DNA of 64,000 nucleotides from an uncultured beta proteobacterium (GTDB lineage Bacteria > Pseudomonadota > Gammaproteobacteria > Burkholderiales > SG8-41), in NCBI GenBank assembly GCA_903893565.1, contig CAITMU010000121.1, forward strand, positions 19,426 through 83,425, given 5' to 3'. Shown piece after piece: positions 18,331 through 27,520 of this stretch. The translations under genes and the position numbers were made by a program. Each line of letters starts with the position of its first letter. Positions within the stretch are counted from its first letter, which is position 1. The notes under the pieces are model-generated. The model made no database searches. It was not told where the DNA came from and saw only the letters and a list, made by a program, of their open reading frames with translations.

Positions 18331-19281
18331 ATGGTTTCCCGACGTCTGCCCCCCCTTAACTCATTGAAAGCGTTCGAAGCGACGGCTCGACACCTCAGTG
18401 TTAAGAAAGCGGCATTAGAGTTAAATGTCACCCCCGCTGCAGTCAGTCACCAATTGCGCATTCTGGAGGAGTATTTAGGCGTTGAGCTCTTTCACCGCTT
18501 TAATCGCTCGCTCGAACTGACCCAAGTGGCCAAGGGTGGGCTAGCGAAGCTAGCGCAAGGATTTGACTGCCTGATGGAGTCGGTCGATTTGTTACGCGCC
18601 CAACAAGGGGGGGGCTCTTTGACCGTGAGTGCTGCGCCGTCATTTGCCTCTCGCTGGTTGATGCCCCGATTGCATCGGTTTATTGCAGCGCATCCGGAGA
18701 TTGATGTAAAAATTTCAGCTCGTATGCGCCGCGTCAGTGTCGATGGCAAGGGGGATGTAGCCGAAAGGGCCACGGTGGAGACTTGGCTAGCGGATTCGGA
18801 TGTGGCTATCCTTTATGGCTTAGGCAATATTTTAGGTTTCAATGTGGAGCGATTGCTTGAACTGACTATCACCCCTATTTGCAGTCCAAAACTGCTCACA
18901 GGAGAGTTTCCCTTACGTGAACCTTCCGATTTAAAGCATCATTTACTGCTGCATGATGATACCGGGCAGCTTTATGACAATGAAGCCTTTTGGACCGTTT
19001 GGCTGGCGGCGGCGGGGGTTACGGATGTGGATGTGAACAAGGGGCCTCATTTTAGCCATGCTGTGCTTGCTTTTGAGGCCGCCATTGATTCGGTGGGGAT
19101 ATTGGCCAGTATGCCGGTGTTGGCCGGTGAAGAAATTGCTTCAGGTCGTTTGGTAAAACCCTTTGATTTATCGGTGAAATTGCCTGACAGTTATTATATG
19201 GTTTCTGCCGAACATTCCGAGCAACGTCCGGCAGTGGTGGCTTTTTTACAATGGTTACGAGAAGAGGCTGCCCGTATTTAG
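18331..19281 (+). CDS. LysR-family transcriptional regulator (GcvA-like)
   Basis: N-terminal HTH region LNSLKAFEATARHLSVKKAALELNVTPAAVSHQLRILEEYLGVELFHR. 316 aa. Confidence 0.9.
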   Translation: MVSRRLPPLNSLKAFEATARHLSVKKAALELNVTPAAVSHQLRILEEYLGVELFHRFNRSLELTQVAKGGLAKLAQGFDCLMESVDLLRAQQGGGSLTVSAAPSFASRWLMPRLHRFIAAHPEIDVKISARMRRVSVDGKGDVAERATVETWLADSDVAILYGLGNILGFNVERLLELTITPICSPKLLTGEFPLREPSDLKHHLLLHDDTGQLYDNEAFWTVWLAAAGVTDVDVNKGPHFSHAVLAFEAAIDSVGILASMPVLAGEEIASGRLVKPFDLSVKLPDSYYMVSAEHSEQRPAVVAFLQWLREEAARI

Positions 19282-19440
19282 AAGTGGTTTGGGTCTGCTC
19301 TCAAAGCTTGCCCTGAAGTCTCAGCGGAAGCGTTTTGTTGCCAAAGTGTCTGGCTTTGCTGCGACTCACAAAAATATTCGGTCTCAGATGACAATGGATA
19401 GTGGCTTCTACGGGCAAATAAGCTAAAATACGGCCTCAGT

Positions 19441-19517
19441 CAGGGTGTAGCGTAGTCCGGTAGCGCGCTTGCTTTGGGAGCAAGAGGTCGTGAGTTCGAA
19501 TCTCACCTCCCTGACCA
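19441..19517 (+). tRNA. tRNA-Pro (anticodon UGG)
   Basis: Manual fold. Acceptor stem CAGGGTG / CTCCCTG (one T-T mismatch). Anticodon stem CTTGC/GCAAG with loop TTTGGGA (anticodon TGG, G37). T-arm GTGAG TTCGAAT CTCAC. Discriminator A plus encoded CCA. Confidence 0.9.
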
Positions 19518-19598
19518 TCCCCCAAAAATAAACAATTGTCCGTGCCCCGAGGGGCATGAAAGACGCGCCCCTACGCTAGTGTGCGCCCATGCTTCCCC

Positions 19599-20315
19599 CT
19601 AATCTTTCAGATGAAAGGGGCTAAAGTTGGTCCGATTGTCGAAATAATCCTCGTTTTCCGCCCTTTTTAACCAGTAGACAATTTTGTAGGTCAGGGGGGT
19701 AAAGAGGACTTCAACCCCTACCTTGAGAAAAAATTGCACTAACATCACTGCAGGCAGGTTTTCATTCGGTATGATGCCTGAGCCATAAAAAGCCAAGGGA
19801 TAAAATAGTGACGAATCCACGGCTTCGCCCACGATGGTCGAGCCAATCGTTCGACTCCACAAGTGACGGCCTTGGGTGATGATTTTCATTTTTGCTAAAA
19901 CGAGTGAATTGACAAACTCACCACAAAAATAAGCGATCATTGAGGCCAGCACGATTCTCCAGGTCGAGCCAAAGGCGATTTCGTAGGCATCTTGATTTTT
20001 CCAAAAAGGGGCCGGTGGCAGGGCCACTACCAGGCTTGCCATGATGGAAGCAAAGGCTAGGGCGCCAAATCCACACCAAATGACTCTTCTGGCCTGCGCG
20101 TAGCCATAGACTTCGGTTAAGACATCTCCAAAAATATAGGAAACGGGGAAAAAAAGCACCCCCGCGCCAAAGGTTAAGGTTCCCCAAAGGGGTAACTCTA
20201 TTTGGGCGATTTTTGCCGGGCCAATGAGATTAGAGCAGATTAACACGGTGACAAAGGCCACCATGACGACGTTAAAGTATCGGTAGCTGCGTTGAGGTGG
20301 GTGAGAAGAAGGCAT
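19599..20315 (-). CDS. yhhQ: Queuosine-precursor transporter, YhhQ/VUT family
   Basis: Multi-pass membrane protein with ..FFPVSYIFGDVLTEVYGY.., typical of YhhQ (DUF165). Confidence 0.8.
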   Translation of the reverse strand: MPSSHPPQRSYRYFNVVMVAFVTVLICSNLIGPAKIAQIELPLWGTLTFGAGVLFFPVSYIFGDVLTEVYGYAQARRVIWCGFGALAFASIMASLVVALPPAPFWKNQDAYEIAFGSTWRIVLASMIAYFCGEFVNSLVLAKMKIITQGRHLWSRTIGSTIVGEAVDSSLFYPLAFYGSGIIPNENLPAVMLVQFFLKVGVEVLFTPLTYKIVYWLKRAENEDYFDNRTNFSPFHLKD

Positions 20316-20354
20316 GGGGGATGATTTTCAATCAGTCAGAGGCGATGGGGTTCG

Positions 20355-20975
20355 TTATGTCAATGGTATTTGGCAGTGCTGTTTGAAGGCGGGGCGTTCA
20401 CTGAGGCGTTGATACCACGCATTAAGATGCGCTAAGTCAGGCCTGTCGATAGGCATTTCGAACCAACGAAAAGCGGCCACTCCCATGGGGATGTCAGCCA
20501 TACTAAAGCGGGACCCGGCTAGAAAATCTCGAGACGCCAGTAATTGGTCAACTATTTTAAAATTGTTTGTTAAGTGTTGGAGGCTGGTGTTGACCAGTGC
20601 CATATCTCGGGCCTCAGGGGCTGTGCGCACGAGGTTCCAGAAAACGGGTCTTAAATTGGGCCATAAGGTGGTGCTATACCACTCCATCCAACGATCGGCA
20701 TCGGCACGGGTTGGTAAGGCCTGGGGCATTAAAATCCCTTGGCTATCGAGCGTGGCTAAATAGCGCACAATGGCGTGAGACTCCCAGAGAATCAAGCCTT
20801 CGTGTTCGATCACGGGGACTAAGCCATTGGGGTTCATGATTTTAAATTCGGGCGTATTGTTCACCCCGAAGGCCATACCGGCATCGATGCGATCATAGGG
20901 CATGCCGAGTTCTTCAAGCGCCCAAATGACTTTTTGTACGTTAATCGAGTTTTTTCTGCCCCAAAGTTTTATCAT
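20355..20975 (-). CDS. Glutathione S-transferase
   Basis: I place the start at the internal Met (MIKLWGRKNSINVQKVIWALEELG..), which has GAAGGA upstream. Thioredoxin-like N-domain plus helical C-domain. The track ORF extends to 21050. Confidence 0.85.
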   Translation of the reverse strand: MIKLWGRKNSINVQKVIWALEELGMPYDRIDAGMAFGVNNTPEFKIMNPNGLVPVIEHEGLILWESHAIVRYLATLDSQGILMPQALPTRADADRWMEWYSTTLWPNLRPVFWNLVRTAPEARDMALVNTSLQHLTNNFKIVDQLLASRDFLAGSRFSMADIPMGVAAFRWFEMPIDRPDLAHLNAWYQRLSERPAFKQHCQIPLT

Positions 20976-21126
20976 TTGATCCTTCTTTAAAAAAATGTGA
21001 GAAAGTGAAAAAAAGGACAATACTTTTTTTTGTTGTCCTTTATGACGCAAAAAAAACGGGTGCCTTGACAGGTCAAGCGCACTGGGATCTCATCGGTATA
21101 CTGCGAGTGCTAAGCGGTGCTAAAAA

Positions 21127-21184
21127 GCCATCTAAAGCGATCTATAGCGATCTATAGCCATCTATAGCCATCTACATCTATCTT
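21127..21184. repeat. 10-bp tandem repeat (TCTATAGC[G/C]A, about 5 units)
   Basis: Read directly: tctaaagcga tctatagcga tctatagcca tctatagcca tctacatcta. Confidence 0.85.
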
Positions 21185-21217
21185 ATGGAAGATACGGGGT
21201 CTATTTTCAAATCAATC

Positions 21218-21661
21218 CTATCCCGCACTCACTTTGGCATTAAAGGCTTTGAAGAAATCGTTCGCAATTTTTTTGGCCACACCGTCAATTAAACGGGATC
21301 CGATTTGTGCCAATTTCCCGCCAACCATGGCTTGAGCGCGGTAGGTTAATAAAGTGCCTTCTTCCTTAGGGGAGAGTTGGACATGGGCCGTGCCTTTGGC
21401 AAAGCCAGCAATACCGCCTTGGCCTTCGAAACTAATGCTGTAGCTGGTGGGTTCTACAATATCCGATAAAATCATTTTGCCTTTGAATTTAGCGCTCACA
21501 GGCCCAACCTTAGCCGTCATGATCAGCTCAAATTCATTGGCAGCGGTGGGGGTGATGGATTCACACCCATTGATGCAAAGCTTTAATATTTGCGTGTCGT
21601 TTAGCGCCTGCCACGTAAGGGCCTGCGTCTGAGGGATCCATTGTTCACCGATCATTTCCAT
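21218..21661 (-). CDS. CoxG-family (SRPBCC) protein
   Basis: 147 aa. ..VGPVSAKFKGKMILSD..FEGQGGIAGFAKGTAHVQL..GGKLAQIGSRLIDGVAKKIANDFF matches the CoxG pattern. Confidence 0.8.
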   Translation of the reverse strand: MEMIGEQWIPQTQALTWQALNDTQILKLCINGCESITPTAANEFELIMTAKVGPVSAKFKGKMILSDIVEPTSYSISFEGQGGIAGFAKGTAHVQLSPKEEGTLLTYRAQAMVGGKLAQIGSRLIDGVAKKIANDFFKAFNAKVSAG

Positions 21662-21758
21662 GTTTTGAATGGTTCGCTTATGAAATACCGTTAATGAAGG
21701 GGGTCATTGTAGAATTTTTTTATTCTAGCAGGGGTTTATTTTATCAATAAATCCCCGC

Positions 21759-23108
21759 TCAGTTTTTTTTGTCTTTCGAGCCTTGGCGAGCGAGGGGGCA
21801 CGTTTGGGCCATTTGTCGTAGCACTCGCGTGCAAGCGAGTTCAGAACCCTTAACGTAGGCCTCGTGATTTTGCTCAATTTCATTTAAGTGATAGACGTAA
21901 TTGACCATCATGCCGGCACAGTTTTTGAGACCTCGCGGTGATACATCGGCTAACCAATTGAGTCTTTCAACCCGTGCCCCATTGCCAAGATGAAAGCGCG
22001 CGACACTGTCGGCTGGTAAATTTTGTTGTGTGGCCTTGGTTAAGTAATACGCACATAAAGCCATGACACTTTCTTTTAATTTCTTATCGTTGCTAAACTT
22101 CAGATGCCAGTCTGGCTGAGAAAGCGTGGCAATGGCCTGCAGGCTATCTTTAACGTCGGGTAATTTCTCGAGCTCTGGGGTGATGTGGGTTAACCACTGG
22201 GTAAAGCCTGGAATAGGCGACAGGGTGGTAAAGGTTTTAATGCGGGGAAATTCTTCCCCTAGCTTTTGAGCCACTTGTTTGATGAGTAAGTTGCCGAAGG
22301 AAACGCCTTTTAGCCCAGGCTGACAATTGGTGATCGAATAAAAGACGGCCGTATCCGCTTTTTCCGCAAGACCCACCGGTGCCTCTAGGTCGAGCAAAGG
22401 TCCAATCGCAGCGCTGATCCCTTTGGTCAGAGCCACTTCAATGAAAATTAAAGGCTCATCGGGTAAGGCGGGATGAAAAAAACCGAAACAACGTCTATCC
22501 GATTGCAAACGTCTTCGCAGATCGCGCCACCCGGAGATCTCATGGACCGCTTCATACTCAATGAGTTTTTCTAGTACGAACGCCGGTGTGTGCCAATCGA
22601 TCCGTTGCAAGGATAGGAAGCCACGATTAAACCAAAGATTAAACAGTCGATCTAACACTTCATCAATGAGCTGCCATTCAGGGTTTTGTTTGAGTCCTAG
22701 AATGACGTTTTTTCTTAAACTCATTAAAGTTTCAATGCCATCGGGTGCTTGATTTAAGCGCCTAAATAATTTCTGTAAGGGCGACTCGCAAGCCGATTGC
22801 AAAGCACTGAGGTGGGCTGCACTGGGTGCTGACAGATACTGTTGGCATGCTTTACTCACTAACGCTTCATCCGGTACTAAGGTCGTGGTGAGTTGGGTAA
22901 AAAAAAGCGGCTTTGCTTCTGCACTGAGTCCGCGAAAGGCCAAGATCGCTTCTCGGGCCACGGCCGCGCCAGAGACTTCGCCTCGATTAGACAGTAATTC
23001 TCGCCAAGCCTCGGTGACGCGCTTTGCCTGACGCATTAAGCGTGCTTGTTCTAGGCTAGAGGGTAGGACTTTGTTGACAATTCGCTTAAATAAAGAGGAG
23101 GGGCCCAT
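21759..23108 (-). CDS. Malonyl-CoA decarboxylase
   Basis: 449 aa. ..FGFFHPALPDEPLIFIEVAL.., FYSITNCQPGLKGVSFGNLLIKQV.., TFTTLSPIPGF.. and NGARVERLNWLAD are characteristic of MCD. Confidence 0.85.
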   Translation of the reverse strand: MGPSSLFKRIVNKVLPSSLEQARLMRQAKRVTEAWRELLSNRGEVSGAAVAREAILAFRGLSAEAKPLFFTQLTTTLVPDEALVSKACQQYLSAPSAAHLSALQSACESPLQKLFRRLNQAPDGIETLMSLRKNVILGLKQNPEWQLIDEVLDRLFNLWFNRGFLSLQRIDWHTPAFVLEKLIEYEAVHEISGWRDLRRRLQSDRRCFGFFHPALPDEPLIFIEVALTKGISAAIGPLLDLEAPVGLAEKADTAVFYSITNCQPGLKGVSFGNLLIKQVAQKLGEEFPRIKTFTTLSPIPGFTQWLTHITPELEKLPDVKDSLQAIATLSQPDWHLKFSNDKKLKESVMALCAYYLTKATQQNLPADSVARFHLGNGARVERLNWLADVSPRGLKNCAGMMVNYVYHLNEIEQNHEAYVKGSELACTRVLRQMAQTCPLARQGSKDKKN

Positions 23109-23401
23109 ACCACTACGCTATCCTAATATTGAGATATTGAATGCTATTATTTTTATGTCTGTTGACAATGATTATACTGAACTCTTGTGCTGTGGAAGCT
23201 TAATTATGCCCTCGGCAGAGCAATAAAAAAATTTTGTGGTGACTTTGATGTTTTTTAAGAGGCGCTTTCCTAGAAAGTTCGGGGCATTCGTCCCTAATAA
23301 AACAAATCGTGTGCCAATAGAATTTTTTTAACTTCAACGGATAAGCATGTAATAATCTCTCTGAGTGATTATTTTTAACTTTATAGAACTTTGTTTTTCC
23401 T

Positions 23402-24385
23402 ATGAAAATAGCTATTTTAGATGACTATCTGCATCAATCTTCCGTTAGTGCCGATTGGTCCCGTCTTGCCCGAGAGTGCGAGATCACCGTTTTTGATCAA
23501 GTCATTGCCGCGAAAGACCGGGCGAAGGTTTTGAGTCCTTTTGATATTATTTGCACGTTAAGGGAAAGGACCCCCATAGACCGATCCTTGTTAGCGCAAT
23601 TGCCGCGACTGAAGATGATTGCCATTACCGGTCTTTACAATAGGACTTTGGATGTGGCGGCAGCCCTTGAACAGGGGGTCGTGGTGTCTTATACCGAGTT
23701 AAAGGGGGCCTACCGTAAAGCAACCTCCGAATTGACCTGGGGGTTAATCTTATCAGTGGCTCGCCATATCCCCTTTGAAGCCTCGCAGATGCAGCAAGGC
23801 GGCTGGCAGCGCACGGTGGGCGTGACCTTACATGGTAGGACCTTAGGTCTTCTGGGCTTGGGTAGACAAGCTCGCCATATGGTTCCAGTGGCCAAAGCCT
23901 TTGGGATGAATGTGATGGCATGGAGTACAAACCTCACCGAGGCCGCCGCAGCCGAGCAGGGTGTGCAACGGGTGGACAAAGAGGTGCTTTTTCGCCAAAG
24001 TGACGTGCTGAGTATTCACCTCGTTTTAGGCGACAGGTCAAAGGGCATGGTCGGTGCTCAGGAATTGGGCTTAATGAAGCCTACCGCCATCTTAGTCAAT
24101 ACGGCGCGGGGGCCGATTATCGATGAGCCAGCGCTCATCGAAGCGCTACAGGCTAAGCGCATTGCGGGGGCAGGGTTGGATGTTTTTACCCATGAACCCT
24201 TAGCCGATGACAGTCCTTTGCGTAGATTACCCAATGTGGTGTTGACCCCTCATCAAGGGCACAATGTGGAAGAGTTTTTTAAGGTGGCCTACGCGGATGT
24301 AGTAGAAAACATAGAGGCTTTTTTAGCCGGAAATCCCATCCGGCGTCTCACTCCAGAGAGGAACCAAAGTGCGATACAAGGCTAA
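23402..24385 (+). CDS. D-isomer-specific 2-hydroxyacid dehydrogenase family protein
   Basis: NAD-binding region GRTLGLLGLGRQARHMV and catalytic region ..LVNTARGPIIDE..GAGLDVFTHEP..TPHQG. Confidence 0.85.
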   Translation: MKIAILDDYLHQSSVSADWSRLARECEITVFDQVIAAKDRAKVLSPFDIICTLRERTPIDRSLLAQLPRLKMIAITGLYNRTLDVAAALEQGVVVSYTELKGAYRKATSELTWGLILSVARHIPFEASQMQQGGWQRTVGVTLHGRTLGLLGLGRQARHMVPVAKAFGMNVMAWSTNLTEAAAAEQGVQRVDKEVLFRQSDVLSIHLVLGDRSKGMVGAQELGLMKPTAILVNTARGPIIDEPALIEALQAKRIAGAGLDVFTHEPLADDSPLRRLPNVVLTPHQGHNVEEFFKVAYADVVENIEAFLAGNPIRRLTPERNQSAIQG

Positions 24386-25337
24386 TCGGGTAGGAAGGGT
24401 GTGCAAGCTCTTGATGTCTTGGGGTGTGTTGATGTTTTCAACCGCCCTGTGGGGACAAAATTATCCTTTGAAGCCGATTCGATTCATTATCGGTTTTCCG
24501 GCAGGCGGTAGCGCCGATGCTGCGGCCCGGCCACTGGTAGCGCACATGGGACGCCAATTAGGCATTGGCTTTGTCATCGAAAATCATGGCGGTGCGGCTG
24601 GAAGTGTGGCTGCACAGATCGTGGCGCGGGCGCCCGCGGATGGCTATACGCTGTTGTGGTCCAGTCCTGGGGCTTTAACGATTAACCGAATACTAGAAAA
24701 AAATTTACCCTATAACCCTGACACGGCTTTCATCCCCGTGGGACGAGCGTTGAGTTTTTGTAATGCCCTGATTGTGGGGCTAGATACAGAGTTTAATTCG
24801 TTGACGCAATTGATTGCTGCGGCAAAAGCGCGTCCCGGCCAGATCAGTTATGCCACGCAAGGGGTAGGATCTGCCGGACATTTGTCGGCGAAGATGCTTG
24901 AGAAAATGAGTCAGATGGAAATGTCCCATGTGCCTTATAAAGGCGGCACTGAAATTTTAACTGCGGTGGTCGGTGGTCAATTGCCTGCCGCTTTTCTGAG
25001 TTCTACCTCCGCGGCGAGTTTAAAACAACGGATACGTATTTTGGCCGTTACGAGCTTGCATCGCACCTCCCTATTGCCCGAGGTGGCTTCAATGAGTGAG
25101 CTAGGGATTAAAGGCTATGATGCGAGCTTTTGGTATGGGATATTGGTGCCGGCCCATACCTCTGAAAAAATCGTATCCACGTTAAATCAGGCGTTAAAGC
25201 AGGCCATAGCGGATCCTGAGATTGAGCGTTTGGAGAAAAATATTGGTTTAAGTCCTGATGCGTCAAGTCCGGCTGAGTTCGTGCAAATTATCAAAAACGA
25301 TTTTATCCGATGGAAAAAAGTCATTGATCCAGCCTAA
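24369..25337 (+). CDS. Bug/TctC-family substrate-binding protein
   Basis: GTG start preceded by GAGAGGA. Signal peptide followed by QNYPLKPIRFIIGFPAGGSAD. Confidence 0.85.
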   Translation: MRYKANRVGRVCKLLMSWGVLMFSTALWGQNYPLKPIRFIIGFPAGGSADAAARPLVAHMGRQLGIGFVIENHGGAAGSVAAQIVARAPADGYTLLWSSPGALTINRILEKNLPYNPDTAFIPVGRALSFCNALIVGLDTEFNSLTQLIAAAKARPGQISYATQGVGSAGHLSAKMLEKMSQMEMSHVPYKGGTEILTAVVGGQLPAAFLSSTSAASLKQRIRILAVTSLHRTSLLPEVASMSELGIKGYDASFWYGILVPAHTSEKIVSTLNQALKQAIADPEIERLEKNIGLSPDASSPAEFVQIIKNDFIRWKKVIDPA

Positions 25338-25413
25338 GGGTTGGCTTCGGTATAATGGGTGCGTGTAGTGGCTCGTTGGCTGAAGGGTCCTTAGGATTTG
25401 AGGGAGGTTAAAT

Positions 25414-26409
25414 ATGGATAGCGTTGATTTACAAGTCATGAAGTCTGCTAGCCAATGGCTGGCCAGTGGTCACCGTGTTGTCATGGCCACCGTGGTAAAG
25501 ACGTGGGGCTCGGCTCCCAGGCCGATTGGCGCACTGACGGCGATTCGTGATGATGGCATGGTGGTGGGTTCGGTCTCGGGCGGGTGTGTCGAGGATGACC
25601 TTATTCTGAAAGTCCGAAGCGGGGAGTGGCTCAAAGATAAACCCATGAGCACCCAATATGGCGTCTCGGCCGAGGAAGCGCAACGTTTTGGTTTACCTTG
25701 TGGTGGAACTTTAGAGTTAGTGCTAGAGCCTTTATCGGCCTTAAGTCGAATCGACGAACTCCTCGCGCAGATTAGCCGGCATGAATTGGTTAAGCGCTTG
25801 TTGGATATGGACACGGGGCAGGTCAGTCTCTCCAAAGCCCATCCCAATGATCAGTTAAGTTTTGAAGCCAATCAATTCATTCATGTGTTTGGTCCGCGTT
25901 GGCGTTTATTAATTATTGGTGCGGGCCAATTGTCAAAATACTTGGCCCAAATAGGGCAGGCACTCGATTACAGCATAATTGTTTGTGATCCTCGTGAGGA
26001 GTATGCCGACGTATGGGATGTTCCAGGGGTCGATTTTAGAACGCAGATGCCAGATGATGTGGCGATTGACTTACGGCTAGATGCCCATAGCGCTGTGGTC
26101 ACCCTGACCCATGATCCTAAATTGGATGATTTAGCGCTGATGGAGGCCTTGAAGTCCCCCGCCTTCTATGTGGGGGCTATTGGCTCGAGAAAGAATAATG
26201 AATCTCGGCGTCAACGGTTACTTCAATTTGATTTGTCAGTCGAACAAGTCGATCGCTTGCACGGACCGGTGGGGCTTAAGATCGGTAGTAAAACGCCCCC
26301 CGAGATCGCTATTTCGATTTTGGCTGAAATGACCGCTATTAAAAATGGCACCGATATTCCCCTGACCATTGAAAAACCCAAAGCCACTCTGCCCGGTTGC
26401 GTGGTTTAA
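25414..26409 (+). CDS. XdhC/CoxI-family accessory protein
   Basis: N-terminal XdhC_CoxI domain (..ATVVKTWGSAPRPIGA..VGSVSGGCVE..) plus a C-terminal Rossmann-like part (LLIIGAGQLS..). Confidence 0.85.
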   Translation: MDSVDLQVMKSASQWLASGHRVVMATVVKTWGSAPRPIGALTAIRDDGMVVGSVSGGCVEDDLILKVRSGEWLKDKPMSTQYGVSAEEAQRFGLPCGGTLELVLEPLSALSRIDELLAQISRHELVKRLLDMDTGQVSLSKAHPNDQLSFEANQFIHVFGPRWRLLIIGAGQLSKYLAQIGQALDYSIIVCDPREEYADVWDVPGVDFRTQMPDDVAIDLRLDAHSAVVTLTHDPKLDDLALMEALKSPAFYVGAIGSRKNNESRRQRLLQFDLSVEQVDRLHGPVGLKIGSKTPPEIAISILAEMTAIKNGTDIPLTIEKPKATLPGCVV

Positions 26410-26488
26410 TGCTTTGTGGGTGTCATGTATCGGGTGATTCGTTTTAGCTCTATCTATTTTCATTGCCAATGAGCCTGCGTTATTTTTT

Positions 26489-27316
26489 ATGAAAAAATAT
26501 CTATCGCTCTTTTTGTGGGTTTTGATACTGGGCTTTTTTGTCGGGTTCGTTTATGCCGATGAGGGCGTTTCAGTGGGTAAGCCGTCTGCACTGAGAAACT
26601 TGGTATCAGCAGAAAGTCTTGAAAAACGCGCGGCAATGCAATACGAACAATTAAAAAAGCAGGTAGCGCAACAAAATGCCTTAGCCCCTGAGAGTAGTCG
26701 TGAATTGGCTCATTTAAGACAGATCGCTAAGCACTTGATCGCACAGTCTTCACGATTTAATCCCCGCTCGACGCAGTGGCAATGGGAGGTGAATCTCATT
26801 GCCTCCTCGCAAATCAATGCGTTTTGCATGCCCGGAGGCAAAATCGCAGTGTATACAGGGATCTTACGTTCGCTTCATTTAACCGATGACGAAATCGCCA
26901 TGGTGATGGGTCATGAGATTGCGCATGCGCTTCGAGAACATGCGCGCGCACAAGCGGGTAAAGGCGAACTGACCCAGTGGGGGAGCTTGGGTTTATCTGT
27001 CATCACCGGCGGGCGCTACGATGGCTTGGTAAGGGCAGGGGCTAATTTACTCACTTTAAAATTTTCTCGTAATGATGAAACGGAAGCCGACTTGGTGGGC
27101 ATGGAGTTGGCAGCACGGGCCGGTTACGATCCTCGTTCAGGTATTTCTTTGTGGAAAAAAATGAGTGCTTCCCATCGTGGGGCACCGCCTCAATGGCTCT
27201 CCACCCATCCCTCAGGGGATAATCGCATCCGCGAGATTGAAAAGCATTTGCCCGAAGTGATGCCCTTTTATAAAAAAGCGATGGAAAATAAACGCCGTCA
27301 AAATCCTAATCACTAA
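26489..27316 (+). CDS. M48-family zinc metallopeptidase, secreted or periplasmic
   Basis: Signal peptide, the HExxH motif in MGHEIAHALREH, and a downstream ..NDETEADLVG.. glutamate. Confidence 0.85.
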   Translation: MKKYLSLFLWVLILGFFVGFVYADEGVSVGKPSALRNLVSAESLEKRAAMQYEQLKKQVAQQNALAPESSRELAHLRQIAKHLIAQSSRFNPRSTQWQWEVNLIASSQINAFCMPGGKIAVYTGILRSLHLTDDEIAMVMGHEIAHALREHARAQAGKGELTQWGSLGLSVITGGRYDGLVRAGANLLTLKFSRNDETEADLVGMELAARAGYDPRSGISLWKKMSASHRGAPPQWLSTHPSGDNRIREIEKHLPEVMPFYKKAMENKRRQNPNH

Positions 27317-27520
27317 AAGAGTTGAACTCTTTCGGGGGGCGGGGGCGTTGGAGGAGTCTACATTTTGTACGTTTGGGGCGCACCACCTAGTAATGACGGG
27401 TATTTGAATTTTTTGTGTTTCCTTTGCTTTAATTAGATGCGGATTTGAGCCTAATCTCAAGTATCATCGGCATCTTTAGCCTCTCGGGGCTTTGCAACAC
27501 TCTAGGACGGAGAAAACGAC

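Noticed and set aside
19441-19517. The tRNA considered as a possible tRNA-Sec (selC) or as an integration hotspot for an island.
   Set aside because: The anticodon loop TTTGGGA gives UGG (Pro). The length is a normal 77 nt, with no long variable arm and no 8-bp acceptor stem. No integrase or direct repeat of the tRNA 3' end was seen downstream.
20316-20354. Looked for a preQ1 riboswitch upstream of the yhhQ-family queuosine-precursor transporter.
   Set aside because: Only 39 nt separate yhhQ from the upstream GST gene. That sequence lacks the P1 stem and the A-rich tail expected of a preQ1-I aptamer. The two genes are more likely co-transcribed.
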